Positions 1-11,018 of a DNA stretch of 64,000 bases are shown piece by piece. Every line of letters starts with the position of its first letter. Within the stretch, counting starts at the first letter, position 1. The position numbers were made by a program, and so were the translations under genes. Source of the DNA: Thermoanaerobaculia bacterium (lineage in GTDB: Bacteria; Acidobacteriota; Thermoanaerobaculia; UBA5066); NCBI GenBank assembly GCA_963719225.1, contig CAVRAY010000001.1, positions 128,001 to 192,000 of the forward strand, given 5' to 3'. Under the pieces are notes generated by a model that saw only the letters and a list, made by a program, of their open reading frames with translations, searched no databases and was not told the DNA's origin.

Positions 1-170
1 ATGACGTTCGCATCGATCGCCAGCGCCGCGAATTGCTCCCGCGGTCGTGCGCGAAACATGTCCAGGTAGAGCCGCGCCTCGGACGGGCGTCCGGTGCTCT
101 CGAGGAAGCGCAGGACGACGTCCTGCGGCGAGAGGTCGGAGACGGAAGGGGCGGGGCCGTCGGGGCTCAT
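1..170 (-). CDS. 5' part of a probable acetylglutamate kinase/synthase-like protein (runs off the window)
   Basis: Manual translation from ATG at 170, with GGAGG upstream, gives MSPDGPAPSVSDLSPQDVVLRFLESTGRPSEARLYLDMFRARPREQFAALAIDANV. This resembles the N-terminus of ArgA/ArgB-type proteins. Confidence 0.45.
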   Translation of the reverse strand, partial: MSPDGPAPSVSDLSPQDVVLRFLESTGRPSEARLYLDMFRARPREQFAALAIDANV

Positions 171-313
171 GACCTCCGGAGCATACGGAGTCCCGTGAAG
201 CCCTGACGCCCGGGTCCCGAAGTGGGGTAGTCTTCCTCCCGCGCGACATCTCTTCGTGACGGCGCGCGGGCCCCCGATCTCTTGCGGACGTTCGACGCGC
301 CGGGGAGGAAACG

Positions 314-3300
314 ATGAGGCCGATTCGTTGGGTACCGCCGCTGATCGTGTCCCTGCTCGTCGCCTGCACGCCGACGACGCTGCCGCCGCTCGGTCCGAAC
401 GCCGTCCGGTTCTACGGTTCCACGCAGAACCAGAACAAGTTCGACAAGCTCAACGTGACGAAGTGCCCGAAGCCCGGGGGAGATCAAAAGCCTCCCGGCG
501 CGCCCGGCGGCGGGGGAGGCGGCGAGGCCGACGATCCGCCGCTGAACGTCTTCTCGGTCATCGTGGACACGAACGATCACCGGTTCACGGGGACCCAGGC
601 CGACGCGACGGCTTACCGCGATGCGAAAAAGGCGGACTACGAAAGCCACTCGAACGATTTCTGGAAGGAGGCGTCCTTCGGGAACGTCAGCATCACGATG
701 AAGATGTTCGACAAGGTGCTGAAGCTGAGCGGCGCCTTCGACGACTACTTCAACCGGCCGTTCGTGAACGCGTCGCTCCTCTCCCAGGGGCTCGCGTCCG
801 CGTTTCCGATCACGCTCGCGGCGGGCACCAAGGTCACGTTCCAGGTGAAGGACGGCCACGGCCGCGACGTCAGTTTCGACTTCGCGGCTTCCGGAACGTT
901 CGCGGACGCGGCCGCTCTCGCGCCGCTCTGCCAGAACGCGTTCAACGCGGCGCCGGGCGTTCCGAGCCCGTGGGTGACGTGTGTCGCGTCCGGCAACGAG
1001 CTGTCGATGACGCTCGACACGCTGGAGACGGCCGAAGGCTCGCTCATCAGGGTGAAGAGCGTCACCGGCACGTTTCCGGGCTTCAACGGCCCGGACGAGC
1101 CGCCCGGGAACGGGGCGCAGGCTTCTCTCACCGGCAAGGCGGTGACGGGTCCGATCGCGCTCGACGGCACGGAGCACGTCATCATCGAGGTGCGCGACAA
1201 GAACTACAGGACGAGGACCTACGACGTCGCGCTCGCGGCGGGGTCGCTGCCCGACGCTTCGTCCCTCGCCCCGCTCCTCATCCCGAAGCTCAACTCGGAG
1301 TTCAACTGGGTCGAAACCGGCAGCGCTGGATCCAACCGCCTTGCGCTTCGCGTGAAGGCCGGCGACTCGGGGCCGAACGCGTCGATCCGGATCGTGGCGG
1401 GCGGCGGCCCCGCGAAGCTGGGTCTCGACGGACCGTCCCGGGTCGACGGCGTGATCGACGCGGCGGGCACCTCCACCGTGCGCGGCGACTGGTCGAAGAC
1501 GATCGCCGAAGCGCTCTCGCTCTACGTCAAGCAGCGCATGGCCGATCAGGGCAAGCCGATCGATTCGGCCCACCAGGGCGATCTCGACGCCATCGTCAAC
1601 AACGAGCTATCGGGTTTCGACTCCTATCTCGTCCTCTTCGTGGACCAGACGACCGGTATTCCCGGCCGGCGCGCCGGTGCCAGCGGCGGCTACTTCGACC
1701 TGAGCGTTCCCGGCAGCGGCACTTACGTCTACCAGAAGCAGCTCCAGGCGCGGCTCATGCTCGGCGAGGGCGCCGAGCCATGGCAGACCTGGGCCCACGA
1801 GCTCGGCCACAACCTCGGCTTTTGGGATTTGTACTGGAAGCCGGACTACGACACGCACTACGACCAGACGAACGACGCGCTCCACACCTGGAGCATCATG
1901 GCGGCGAGCTCGGTCGCGGACCACCCGGAGTCGTGGCACAAGCACAACATCGGCTGGATCACGAACTTCTCCGAGGTCGTGGCGCCCCCGATGGGAGCCA
2001 CCGAGACACACACGTTCACGCTCGTCCCGCTGGAGAGGAAGTTCTCGGACTATCCGGGTTTCGGCAGCAGCTCCGAGCCCGCCGCCCAGCTCGTGCGTAT
2101 CAAGCTCTCGGCCCAGCACTGGGTGCACCTCGAGAACCGGCAGCCGGGAGCGACGTTCTCCCAGCGGCTGCCGGACGACGTGTTCGGCTGGTCGCCGGCG
2201 AACGCCGGCGGTGAAGCAGGTGGCCTCCTCGTGACCGACACGGTGGATCCGAACGCGCCGTTCTTCTATCGGCCGGCCGTGACGGTCCTGAATCCCGACG
2301 GCTCGGGTGCCCCGCCCGCCGGCACCGCGCTGCAGGCGCGCGGGATGAAGGACGGCGATTCGCTGGAGCTGAAGAACGCCTATCCGGCCTACGACGGGAT
2401 CAAGATCGCGGTCGTCGGCAAGGTGCCGGGCCCGGCCGGTAAGCCCGAAGCGCTCAAGGTCGCGGTCACACGGGGCCCGGGGGACTTCCTCGATCTCGAG
2501 ATCCGGCCGTGGCACGCGCCGGACGTCTACGCGACACCCGACATCTGGATCGACTGGGCGGGCAACGGCAGCGAGGACTACCCGACGACTGACCCTCCGC
2601 TCGGAAGCGGCGACCAGGTCCACTGGGATCCGGACGGCAAAGTCGCGAACACCGTCAAGGTGCGCGTCCACAACAACGGCACGATCCTGGGGAAGGGCGT
2701 CGTCGTACGAGCTTTTCACAACGAGCCCATCGGGATGGGCGACCACGGCACGTTCCAGCCGTTCCCGAACTCGGCGCCGCAGGACATCCCGGCGGGAGAG
2801 TTCCGCGACTTCGCGTTCGAGTGGAAGCCGACGGCAAGCGGCCATACCTGCATCCGGGCCGACATCTTCACGCACGACTCCGCGCTCGGGGACCTCGACC
2901 CGACCAACAACAGCGCGCAGGAGAACATCACGGACTTCTTCCCGACCGCGGGGAGCCCCTACACGCCGGTCGCCTTCGACTTCAAGCTCACGAACGGCTA
3001 CGACCATCCCGTCGAGGCGGAGCTGATCCCGTCCGGCCTCGCCGACGGGATGGACCTCGAAGTCGAGACGCGGTACGTGAAGCTCGGTCCGAAGGAGGAG
3101 CGGAAGCTCAAGGGGCGGCTCTACGTGGACGAGACCAAGATCCCGCCGGGGCCGAAGGCGCGCCGCAAGTGCGATTACCGGTTCAACCTTCACGCATTCC
3201 AGAGGACTCCCGATTCGATCCTCCCCTTCGGCGGCGTGACGGTGAACGTCACGCCGAGCTTCGGCTCGAGGCTCGTTTTCCGGGAGATCAAGCGCGCGAC

Positions 3301-3553
3301 CGAAGGCGGAGTCTCGATCACGCACGTGAGCGGCCGCCTCGACGGGCCGTTCAACTCCGGACAGACCGTGGACGTCGCGGTGGTCGGCCCCGACGGTGTT
3401 TCCTACGGGGGAACCGCCGTGACTGGGGGAGGCGGCGGCTTCTCGATTCAGGTGAAGGGAGTCCCGCCGGGACCCGCGCGCGTGATGCTGTATTACTTCG
3501 GCCCGGACATGACGGCCTCGTCGGCCGGGCCCAGGATCGTGACGATTTCGTGA
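314..3553 (+). CDS. M6-like (immune inhibitor A-type) zinc metalloprotease lipoprotein with C-terminal Ig/CARDB-like domains
   Basis: Lipobox LLVAC; WAHELGHNLGFWDLY zinc motif followed by WSIMA; ENRQ motif; C-terminal VRVHNNG...HTCIRA...NNSAQENI segment. Confidence 0.75.
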   Translation: MRPIRWVPPLIVSLLVACTPTTLPPLGPNAVRFYGSTQNQNKFDKLNVTKCPKPGGDQKPPGAPGGGGGGEADDPPLNVFSVIVDTNDHRFTGTQADATAYRDAKKADYESHSNDFWKEASFGNVSITMKMFDKVLKLSGAFDDYFNRPFVNASLLSQGLASAFPITLAAGTKVTFQVKDGHGRDVSFDFAASGTFADAAALAPLCQNAFNAAPGVPSPWVTCVASGNELSMTLDTLETAEGSLIRVKSVTGTFPGFNGPDEPPGNGAQASLTGKAVTGPIALDGTEHVIIEVRDKNYRTRTYDVALAAGSLPDASSLAPLLIPKLNSEFNWVETGSAGSNRLALRVKAGDSGPNASIRIVAGGGPAKLGLDGPSRVDGVIDAAGTSTVRGDWSKTIAEALSLYVKQRMADQGKPIDSAHQGDLDAIVNNELSGFDSYLVLFVDQTTGIPGRRAGASGGYFDLSVPGSGTYVYQKQLQARLMLGEGAEPWQTWAHELGHNLGFWDLYWKPDYDTHYDQTNDALHTWSIMAASSVADHPESWHKHNIGWITNFSEVVAPPMGATETHTFTLVPLERKFSDYPGFGSSSEPAAQLVRIKLSAQHWVHLENRQPGATFSQRLPDDVFGWSPANAGGEAGGLLVTDTVDPNAPFFYRPAVTVLNPDGSGAPPAGTALQARGMKDGDSLELKNAYPAYDGIKIAVVGKVPGPAGKPEALKVAVTRGPGDFLDLEIRPWHAPDVYATPDIWIDWAGNGSEDYPTTDPPLGSGDQVHWDPDGKVANTVKVRVHNNGTILGKGVVVRAFHNEPIGMGDHGTFQPFPNSAPQDIPAGEFRDFAFEWKPTASGHTCIRADIFTHDSALGDLDPTNNSAQENITDFFPTAGSPYTPVAFDFKLTNGYDHPVEAELIPSGLADGMDLEVETRYVKLGPKEERKLKGRLYVDETKIPPGPKARRKCDYRFNLHAFQRTPDSILPFGGVTVNVTPSFGSRLVFREIKRATEGGVSITHVSGRLDGPFNSGQTVDVAVVGPDGVSYGGTAVTGGGGGFSIQVKGVPPGPARVMLYYFGPDMTASSAGPRIVTIS

Positions 3554-3556
3554 GGG

Positions 3557-3596
3557 GGCCGCCCCGAAGGGCGCCTAAGGGTCCTTCGGGGCGGCC
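3557..3596. terminator. GC-rich hairpin between convergent genes
   Basis: GGCCGCCCCGAAGG (3557-3570) and CCTTCGGGGCGGCC (3583-3596) form a perfect 14-bp inverted repeat; there is no U-tract. Confidence 0.5.
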
Positions 3597-4081
3597 GTCG
3601 CCGGGGCGGGTCCCGCGGTCTCCGGAGGCTTGACGCGCGCCTGCCAGCCTTCCGGCAGGATGAGGACGACCTCTCCGGGCTTCACGAGGTTCAGCACCTC
3701 GCGGGCCGTCTTCTCGACGGCCTTCGGGTCGCTCTTGAGCGCCGCGACCTCGGCTTCGAGCTTCCGGTTCTCCTCGTCGAGCTGCGCGACCTCGTCGTGC
3801 ATCTTCGCGAGCTGGAGGCGCTGACGCCTCACCTGAAGCAGGCCGTGCTCGTTCACGAGGAAGAATCCGAAGACGAGCACCGAGAAGAGAAGAGAGACCG
3901 CGACGTAGGACGCGGGCTTCACGTGCGGGACATCGGGGCGCGCGCCGGAAGCCGGCGCCGGGGTCTCGGGCGCGAGCTCGGGCAAGGGGCGCGGCTCCTC
4001 CCGCCGCGTCGACGCGGGCAGCCGCTTCACCCCGACGATCCGGGGCGGACCCTCACCGCCGACGATTCGCTCGAACCGCAC
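3575..4081 (-). CDS. ftsB: Septum formation initiator FtsB/DivIC family protein
   Basis: TM helix followed by a coiled coil and LKSDPKAVEKTAREVLNLVKPGEV; lies directly downstream of eno, the usual synteny. Confidence 0.8.
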   Translation of the reverse strand: MRFERIVGGEGPPRIVGVKRLPASTRREEPRPLPELAPETPAPASGARPDVPHVKPASYVAVSLLFSVLVFGFFLVNEHGLLQVRRQRLQLAKMHDEVAQLDEENRKLEAEVAALKSDPKAVEKTAREVLNLVKPGEVVLILPEGWQARVKPPETAGPAPATAAPKDP

Positions 4082-4112
4082 GGGACATTTTCGCGCGAAA
4101 CGAGCGCACGCG

Positions 4113-5402
<1,290 letters not shown>

Positions 5403-6803
5403 CTACCCGTTCAAAACATACTTCTTCGCAGCGTCCAGAAGTCTCTCGGTCTCGTTCATGTCCGCCGACTCCGCATAAATCCTCACGACCGGCTCCGTCC
5501 CCGACGGTCGGAAAAGGATCCAGCGGCCATCTCCCAGCAGGAGCTTCTGTCCGTCTGTCCGGTCGATCGACTGCACCTTCAGCCCGGCGAAGGTGTCCGG
5601 GTTCTCGGCAAGCCTCTTTTTCATCGCGGCGGCGAGAGCGGAATCGAGGCGCGCGTCCGCGCGTCTCGGGTGAAACGAGCCGACGCGCCGGAAGAGCTTC
5701 GAAAGGAGGGCCGAAAGCCTCTCGCCGGTCGTGGCCACGACCTCGGCGAGGAGAAGCCCCGCGAGGAGCCCGTCCTTTTCCGGAACGTGACCCGCCATCG
5801 TGAAGCCGGCGGACTCCTCGCCCCCGAGCGCGATCGCGTCCTTCAGGAGGAGCTCGCCGATGTACTTGAAGCCGACGGGCGTCTCGAAGACGGGGGCGCC
5901 GTAGGCCTTCGCGACGGCGTCGAGGCCGTGCGTCGTCGCGACCGAGCGCGCGACGCCGCGGGCGTCGTCCGGCTTGCGGCGAGAGAGCAGGAGATCGGCG
6001 AGGAGCATGAGGCACAGGTTCGGATCGACGTACCGGCCGTCGGCGTCGAGGACGCCGAAACGGTCCGCATCCCCGTCCGTCGCGAGGCCGAGATGGCGCT
6101 TTCCGGAGACGACCACCCCCTGGAGCGCGCCGAGGTTCTTCTCGTCGCACTGCGGCGAGAGGCCGCCGAAGTACGGGTCGCGATGCCCGTTGATGAGCTC
6201 GACGTCGACTCCCGCCTCCCGGAGAAAAGCGTCGAGATACCCGCGCGACGTGCCGAAGCGCGGGTCGACGGCCACGCGGAGGTTCGCTTTCCGTAGCGCC
6301 GCGGTGTCCACGAACGTCGCGAGCCGCTCGAGGTAGGGTCCGCGCGGATCGATGGCGTCGGCCGAAGCCGGCGGCGCGGATTCCGCGTCGGCCTCCGAGG
6401 TCTTCGCGATCTCGGCCTCGATCTTCGCCGTGACGTCGGGGAGCGCCGGCGCGCCGTCGGCCGTCGAGAACTTGATGCCGTTGAACTCGGGCGGATTGTG
6501 CGAGGCGGTGAAGTTCACGCCGCCCGCGGCGCCGAGGCGCCGGATCGTGAACGCGACCGTGGGCGTCGGGACGTCCCGATCGGCGCGGAGGGGGCGGACG
6601 CCTTCCCTCACGAGAACGCGAGACGCCTCGTCCACGAACCTCTCGTTCAAAAAACGCGTGTCCGACGCGAGGACCAGGCTCGGAGAAACCACGCCCGACG
6701 CGGTCGTGACCCGTGCGATCGCCGTCACGACGCGCCGCGCGTTCGGGAACGTGAACTCTTCCCCGAGAACGGCCCGCCAGCCGGATGTGCCGAAGCGGAT
6801 CAT
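5403..6803 (-). CDS. Phosphoglucomutase/phosphomannomutase family protein
   Basis: Motifs FGTSGWR, TASHNP, DGDADR, GEESAG and RPSGTEP. Confidence 0.95.
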   Translation of the reverse strand: MIRFGTSGWRAVLGEEFTFPNARRVVTAIARVTTASGVVSPSLVLASDTRFLNERFVDEASRVLVREGVRPLRADRDVPTPTVAFTIRRLGAAGGVNFTASHNPPEFNGIKFSTADGAPALPDVTAKIEAEIAKTSEADAESAPPASADAIDPRGPYLERLATFVDTAALRKANLRVAVDPRFGTSRGYLDAFLREAGVDVELINGHRDPYFGGLSPQCDEKNLGALQGVVVSGKRHLGLATDGDADRFGVLDADGRYVDPNLCLMLLADLLLSRRKPDDARGVARSVATTHGLDAVAKAYGAPVFETPVGFKYIGELLLKDAIALGGEESAGFTMAGHVPEKDGLLAGLLLAEVVATTGERLSALLSKLFRRVGSFHPRRADARLDSALAAAMKKRLAENPDTFAGLKVQSIDRTDGQKLLLGDGRWILFRPSGTEPVVRIYAESADMNETERLLDAAKKYVLNG

Positions 6804-6822
6804 CAGGCCGTAGGATTCTACG

Positions 6823-7788
6823 GTGCCGCGGATTCACGTCCTCGATCGGAGGTCCCCGTGGGCCGTGGCCCTGCTGGCCGCGGCATGCACCTCGGCGCCG
6901 CGCCCCCGCGAGACGCCCATCCCGACGGTGCGCCGGGGCCCGGAGCGCTCAGCGACGACGTACGAGGAGCACTATCCGAAGGCCAAGGCCCGGCTCCTCG
7001 CACGCCTGAACGAGGAGAGGCGGGCCGCGGGCGCGCCGCCCGTCGCGTACGATCTTTTCGCCGCCCGCGTCGGCGACGCGTTCTGTCTCGACACGGCGAG
7101 GACGCGCTCCACCGGTCACTGGGACACGGCCGGCCGGCCGCCTTATCTTCGCTGGGGCCTCGCGGGCGGCGTGGACTATCACGCCGAGAACCTCGGCTCG
7201 CTCACGCGCGTGGGAGCGGACGTCGACGAGGCCGAGGTGCCCGCGCTCCTTCTCGACGCGCACGAAAGGATGATGGCCGAGCGCCCGCCCGACGATGGCC
7301 ACCGCCGCACGGTTCTCGACCCGGCATGGACGCACGTGGGCATCGGCGCCGCAACCGTCGGCGGCGAGTTCCGCATGGCCGAGGAGTTCAGCCGGCATGT
7401 CGTCGAATGGGTCGAGGTGCCGGCCGGGCCGCTTCCCGCCGGCACGCGTGCATCCTTCGCCGTGAAGCTGCCCGCGGGATGGTCGCTCGCCTCGATCGAA
7501 GTCGGATTCGAGCCGCCCGCGCGGCCGATGTCCCGCGCGGAGATCGCCCGGCGCGGGTCGTACGCGTATCCCGGCGTCTCTCAGAGCTTCCTCGCCCGCG
7601 CGCCCGCGAATTTCCAGTATCCGGACGGCTCGCGCGGCGAGGTCGGCCTCCTGCAAAGCCTGGCTCGGGTCGACATCCCGCTTCTGTCGGGCGCGGGCAA
7701 TTACTACGTCTTCGTCTACGCGGCCCCGGGCTCGGTCGCGAGGCGCAGGCTCTCGCCCCTCACGGCGGCGTTGATCCAGGCCAAGTAA
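6823..7788 (+). CDS. CAP (SCP-like) domain lipoprotein
   Basis: Lipobox LAAAC; motifs LNEERR, AEN and GHRRTVLDPAWTHVGIG. Confidence 0.75.
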   Translation: MPRIHVLDRRSPWAVALLAAACTSAPRPRETPIPTVRRGPERSATTYEEHYPKAKARLLARLNEERRAAGAPPVAYDLFAARVGDAFCLDTARTRSTGHWDTAGRPPYLRWGLAGGVDYHAENLGSLTRVGADVDEAEVPALLLDAHERMMAERPPDDGHRRTVLDPAWTHVGIGAATVGGEFRMAEEFSRHVVEWVEVPAGPLPAGTRASFAVKLPAGWSLASIEVGFEPPARPMSRAEIARRGSYAYPGVSQSFLARAPANFQYPDGSRGEVGLLQSLARVDIPLLSGAGNYYVFVYAAPGSVARRRLSPLTAALIQAK

Positions 7789-7800
7789 CCCGAAGGGGGC

Positions 7801-7836
7801 CCGGGGGAAACAAGGATTGTTTCCCCCGGCTAGACT
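7801..7836 (+). promoter_or_regulatory. Perfect 13-bp inverted repeat followed by a TAGACT -10-like box upstream of thyX
   Basis: CCGGGGGAAACAA-GGA-TTGTTTCCCCCGG at 7801-7829; TAGACT at 7831-7836; ATG at 7846. Confidence 0.45.
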
Positions 7837-7845
7837 CCCATCCGA

Positions 7846-9492
7846 ATGACCGAGTTCACCGAGACAGAAGCACGACGGCTCGCACCTTTCTTCACGAACG
7901 TCGACGCGCCCGTCTTCGGCCTGAAGCTCCCGCAGGAAGTCGCGGGAGCGCTCTTCTCGCGCTACAGCCGGACCGCGAAGAGCCTGAGGCGCGTCTTCCT
8001 CGACGAGTTCGTCGGGGAGCAGGGCCTGGCCGAAGGGCTCCTCGGCGGGGGCGCCGTGGACGACGGCGAGGCGCTGCAAAAGGCGCGTGCCTTCTACGAC
8101 CGCGTGCTCGTGGGCTACGGCGACGACTCCGTCGCGCAGCTCGGCGGCGCGCATCTCGCGGTCGAGTGCGTCTCGAACGTGGCCGCGCAGGTGCTGGAGG
8201 ACGCCCGCATCGGAATCGCGTTCCTCGAGAAGTCCACGCGGTACGTCCGGTTCGACCAGCGTGACGGGTCCGGGGACTTCCTCTGGTTCCGCGAGCCGTC
8301 CCTCATGGCCTCCCGGCACCGCGACGCTTACGTCGCGCTCATGGACCGCCTCTTCACGACGTACGCGGCGCAGATCGATCCGATGATCGCCCACATCGAG
8401 CGCGTCCTCCCGATCGAGTCAGTGGCCGTGCGCCACCCGAAGACGGGCGAGCCGCTGGACTGGGTGGACGTGAAACGCGACGAGGAGCTCCTCAAGGCGG
8501 CGCGGCGCGCGTACGGGGCGACGGTCCGGGCGCACGCCTGCGACGTCATGCGGAGCTATCTGCCCGCGGCCACGCTCACGAATCTCGGCATCTTCGCGAC
8601 GGGACAGGCCTTCGAGCATCTCCTGAACCGGCTCCACTCCCACCCCGCGGGCGAGTGCCGCGCGCTCGCCTCCACGATGCGCGGCGAGCTCGACCTCCTG
8701 ATCCCGTCCTTCGTGAAGCGGTCGGCGAAGAGCGCGTGGCGGGAAGGGCTGCGCCTCAACGCCGCGGCGGCCGCGACACGCGCGCTTCCCTCCGGTGAGG
8801 TCGCGGCTCCGGGGGTGAGGCTCGTGGACTTCGATCCCGACGGGGAAGCGAAGGTCCTCGCGGCGCTCCTCTATCCCCACACGGACGTGCCGCTCGCCGA
8901 CGTGCGCAGGCGCGTCGGGCGAATGAACGCGCTCGAGCGCGGCGCGCTTCTCTCGTCCCTCGCCGCGGGCCGGCGGAACCGGCGCGACAAGCCGCCTCGT
9001 GCGCTCGAGGAGGCCGCCTACACGTTCGACCTCCTCGGGAATCTAGGCATCTATCGCGATCTCCACCGTCACAGAATCCTCTCGCAGGAGCGCCAGCCGT
9101 TCACGACGGCGCACGGATACGACACGCCGCCCGAGATCCTGGAAGCCGGGCACGGGGCAGTCTTCGAATCGTGCCTGGCCCAGGCTCACGACCTTCACGA
9201 GGCCGTCAAACCGGAACATCCCGCCGAGGCGCCTTACGTCGTTCCGTTCGCGTTCCACGTGCGCTGGTACGTGACGCTGAACCTGCGGGAGGCCGTCCAT
9301 CTCTGCGAGCTTCGTTCGATGCCGCAGGGGCACCCCGATTACCGGCTCGTCGTGCAGGAGATCTGGCGTCGCATCGAGGAGGTCCATCCGGCTCTCGCCG
9401 CCTGGGGTGGATTCGTGAACCGCGACACCTACCGCCTCGGCCGCCTTCAGTCCGAGATGCGCACGGAGTGGAAACGCGCGGGCGGCGCCTGA
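7846..9492 (+). CDS. thyX: FAD-dependent thymidylate synthase, long two-domain form
   Basis: Motifs GYGDDSVAQL, EKSTRYV, RSYLPAAT, RDLHRHRILSQ and ELRSMPQGHPDYR. Confidence 0.85.
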   Translation: MTEFTETEARRLAPFFTNVDAPVFGLKLPQEVAGALFSRYSRTAKSLRRVFLDEFVGEQGLAEGLLGGGAVDDGEALQKARAFYDRVLVGYGDDSVAQLGGAHLAVECVSNVAAQVLEDARIGIAFLEKSTRYVRFDQRDGSGDFLWFREPSLMASRHRDAYVALMDRLFTTYAAQIDPMIAHIERVLPIESVAVRHPKTGEPLDWVDVKRDEELLKAARRAYGATVRAHACDVMRSYLPAATLTNLGIFATGQAFEHLLNRLHSHPAGECRALASTMRGELDLLIPSFVKRSAKSAWREGLRLNAAAAATRALPSGEVAAPGVRLVDFDPDGEAKVLAALLYPHTDVPLADVRRRVGRMNALERGALLSSLAAGRRNRRDKPPRALEEAAYTFDLLGNLGIYRDLHRHRILSQERQPFTTAHGYDTPPEILEAGHGAVFESCLAQAHDLHEAVKPEHPAEAPYVVPFAFHVRWYVTLNLREAVHLCELRSMPQGHPDYRLVVQEIWRRIEEVHPALAAWGGFVNRDTYRLGRLQSEMRTEWKRAGGA

Positions 9493-9496
9493 AGGA

Positions 9497-9781
9497 TCAC
9501 TCCGGCGCCGTCAACGCCTCGAGACCAGCGAGGATCGAGGCTGGGTCCTCGTCCGGGCGCGCGAGATAGACAGGCATCGCCCCGGGGATCTCGTGGTAGA
9601 TCTCCATGAGGACCTCCGGAGCGTCCGTGACGACGGCGTCCATCCGCGCCGATCTGCCGAGACGCTCGAGAATCGCTTCCAGTCCCCGCTCCCCGAGAAA
9701 CGTCGTCGTGGCCGGCGCGAGCGCGCGCAGCTCGTCGAGCAGTTGGTGCCGCTCGAGCGTCGCGACGAGAACGTGGAGCAT
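9497..9781 (-). CDS. Small hypothetical protein, possibly a degenerate receiver-like fold
   Basis: 94-aa alpha/beta-patterned ORF with typical codon usage that fills the gap (MLHVLV...DAVVTD). Confidence 0.5.
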   Translation of the reverse strand: MLHVLVATLERHQLLDELRALAPATTTFLGERGLEAILERLGRSARMDAVVTDAPEVLMEIYHEIPGAMPVYLARPDEDPASILAGLEALTAPE

Positions 9782-9857
9782 GGATCGGGCTCCTCTCCGT
9801 TGCCTTGCAAACGGAAAGCCGCGGGCCGAGGATGACGGCAGGCGGCTCTCCTTGTCG

Positions 9858-11018
9858 TTGAAGCTTCCCGTGTACCTGGATTATCACGCGACGACGCCGG
9901 TCGATCCGCGCGTCTTCGAGGCGATGCGCCCGTACTTCTCGGAGCACTTCGGAAACGCCGCGTCCCAGAGCCACGTCTTCGGCTGGCGCGCCGACGCGGC
10001 CGTGACGAAAGCGCGCGAAGAGCTCGCGGCGCTCGTCGGCGCGAACCCCCGCGAGATCGTTTTCACGTCGGGAGCCACCGAGTCGAACAACCTCGCGATT
10101 CTCGGCGCGGCCCGGATGCGCCGTGCGCCGAACGCCCACGTGGTCACGTCCGCGATCGAGCACCGCGCCGTTCTCGACCCCTGCCGCCGCCTCGAGTCCG
10201 AGGGGTTCGCGGTGACGTATCTCGCGCCGGACGCGCACGGCACGACGAGCGCCCCGGCCGTGGCCGAGGCCCTCACGGAGCGCACGGTCCTCGTGTCGAT
10301 CATGGCGGCGAACAACGAGATCGGCACTCTCAATCCCGTGGGGGAGATCGCGCGCGTCTGCAAAGAGCGGGGAATCCTCTTTCACGCGGACGCGGCCCAG
10401 GCTCTCGGCAAGATCCCGCTCGACGTCCACGCGCTCGGCCTCGATCTCGTCTCTTTCTCGGCGCACAAGGTCTGCGGACCGAAAGGGGTGGGCGCGCTCT
10501 TCGTCCGGGCGGTGAACCCGCGCGTGCGGCTGGACCCGATCGTCTTCGGCGGCGGGCACGAGCGCGGCCTCAGGTCCGGGACGCTCGACGTGCCGGGCAT
10601 CGTGGGCTTCGGCGCCGCGGCCGGGATCGTGAGGCAGGAAGGGGAGGGCGAGTCGCGCCGCGTGGCGGCGCTCAGGGATCGTCTCCTGGAGCGGCTTTCC
10701 GCGCGCGTCGCGGGTCTCTCCCGGAACGGCAACCCGTCCGCCTGCCACCCCGGGAATCTGAACGTGACGATCCCGGATGCGCCCGCGGACGCCGTCATGG
10801 CCGAGGCCCGCGACCTCGCGGTCTCGTCGGGCTCGGCGTGCACTTCGGCGGAAGCCGCACCGAGCCACGTCCTCCTCGCGCTCGGCCGGACACGCGCCGA
10901 AGCGGAGGCGTCGATTCGCTTCGGCCTCGGCCGTTTCACGACCGAGGAAGAAATCGACTGGGCGGCGGACGAGCTCACGCGTGCGGTCGCGAAGGTGCGG
11001 ACGAGACAGCCCCGGTGA
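9858..11018 (+). CDS. iscS: Cysteine desulfurase (IscS/NifS family)
   Basis: Motifs YLDYHATTP, FTSGATESNN, SAHK and SSGSAC; start placed at TTG 9858. Confidence 0.9.
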   Translation: MKLPVYLDYHATTPVDPRVFEAMRPYFSEHFGNAASQSHVFGWRADAAVTKAREELAALVGANPREIVFTSGATESNNLAILGAARMRRAPNAHVVTSAIEHRAVLDPCRRLESEGFAVTYLAPDAHGTTSAPAVAEALTERTVLVSIMAANNEIGTLNPVGEIARVCKERGILFHADAAQALGKIPLDVHALGLDLVSFSAHKVCGPKGVGALFVRAVNPRVRLDPIVFGGGHERGLRSGTLDVPGIVGFGAAAGIVRQEGEGESRRVAALRDRLLERLSARVAGLSRNGNPSACHPGNLNVTIPDAPADAVMAEARDLAVSSGSACTSAEAAPSHVLLALGRTRAEAEASIRFGLGRFTTEEEIDWAADELTRAVAKVRTRQPR

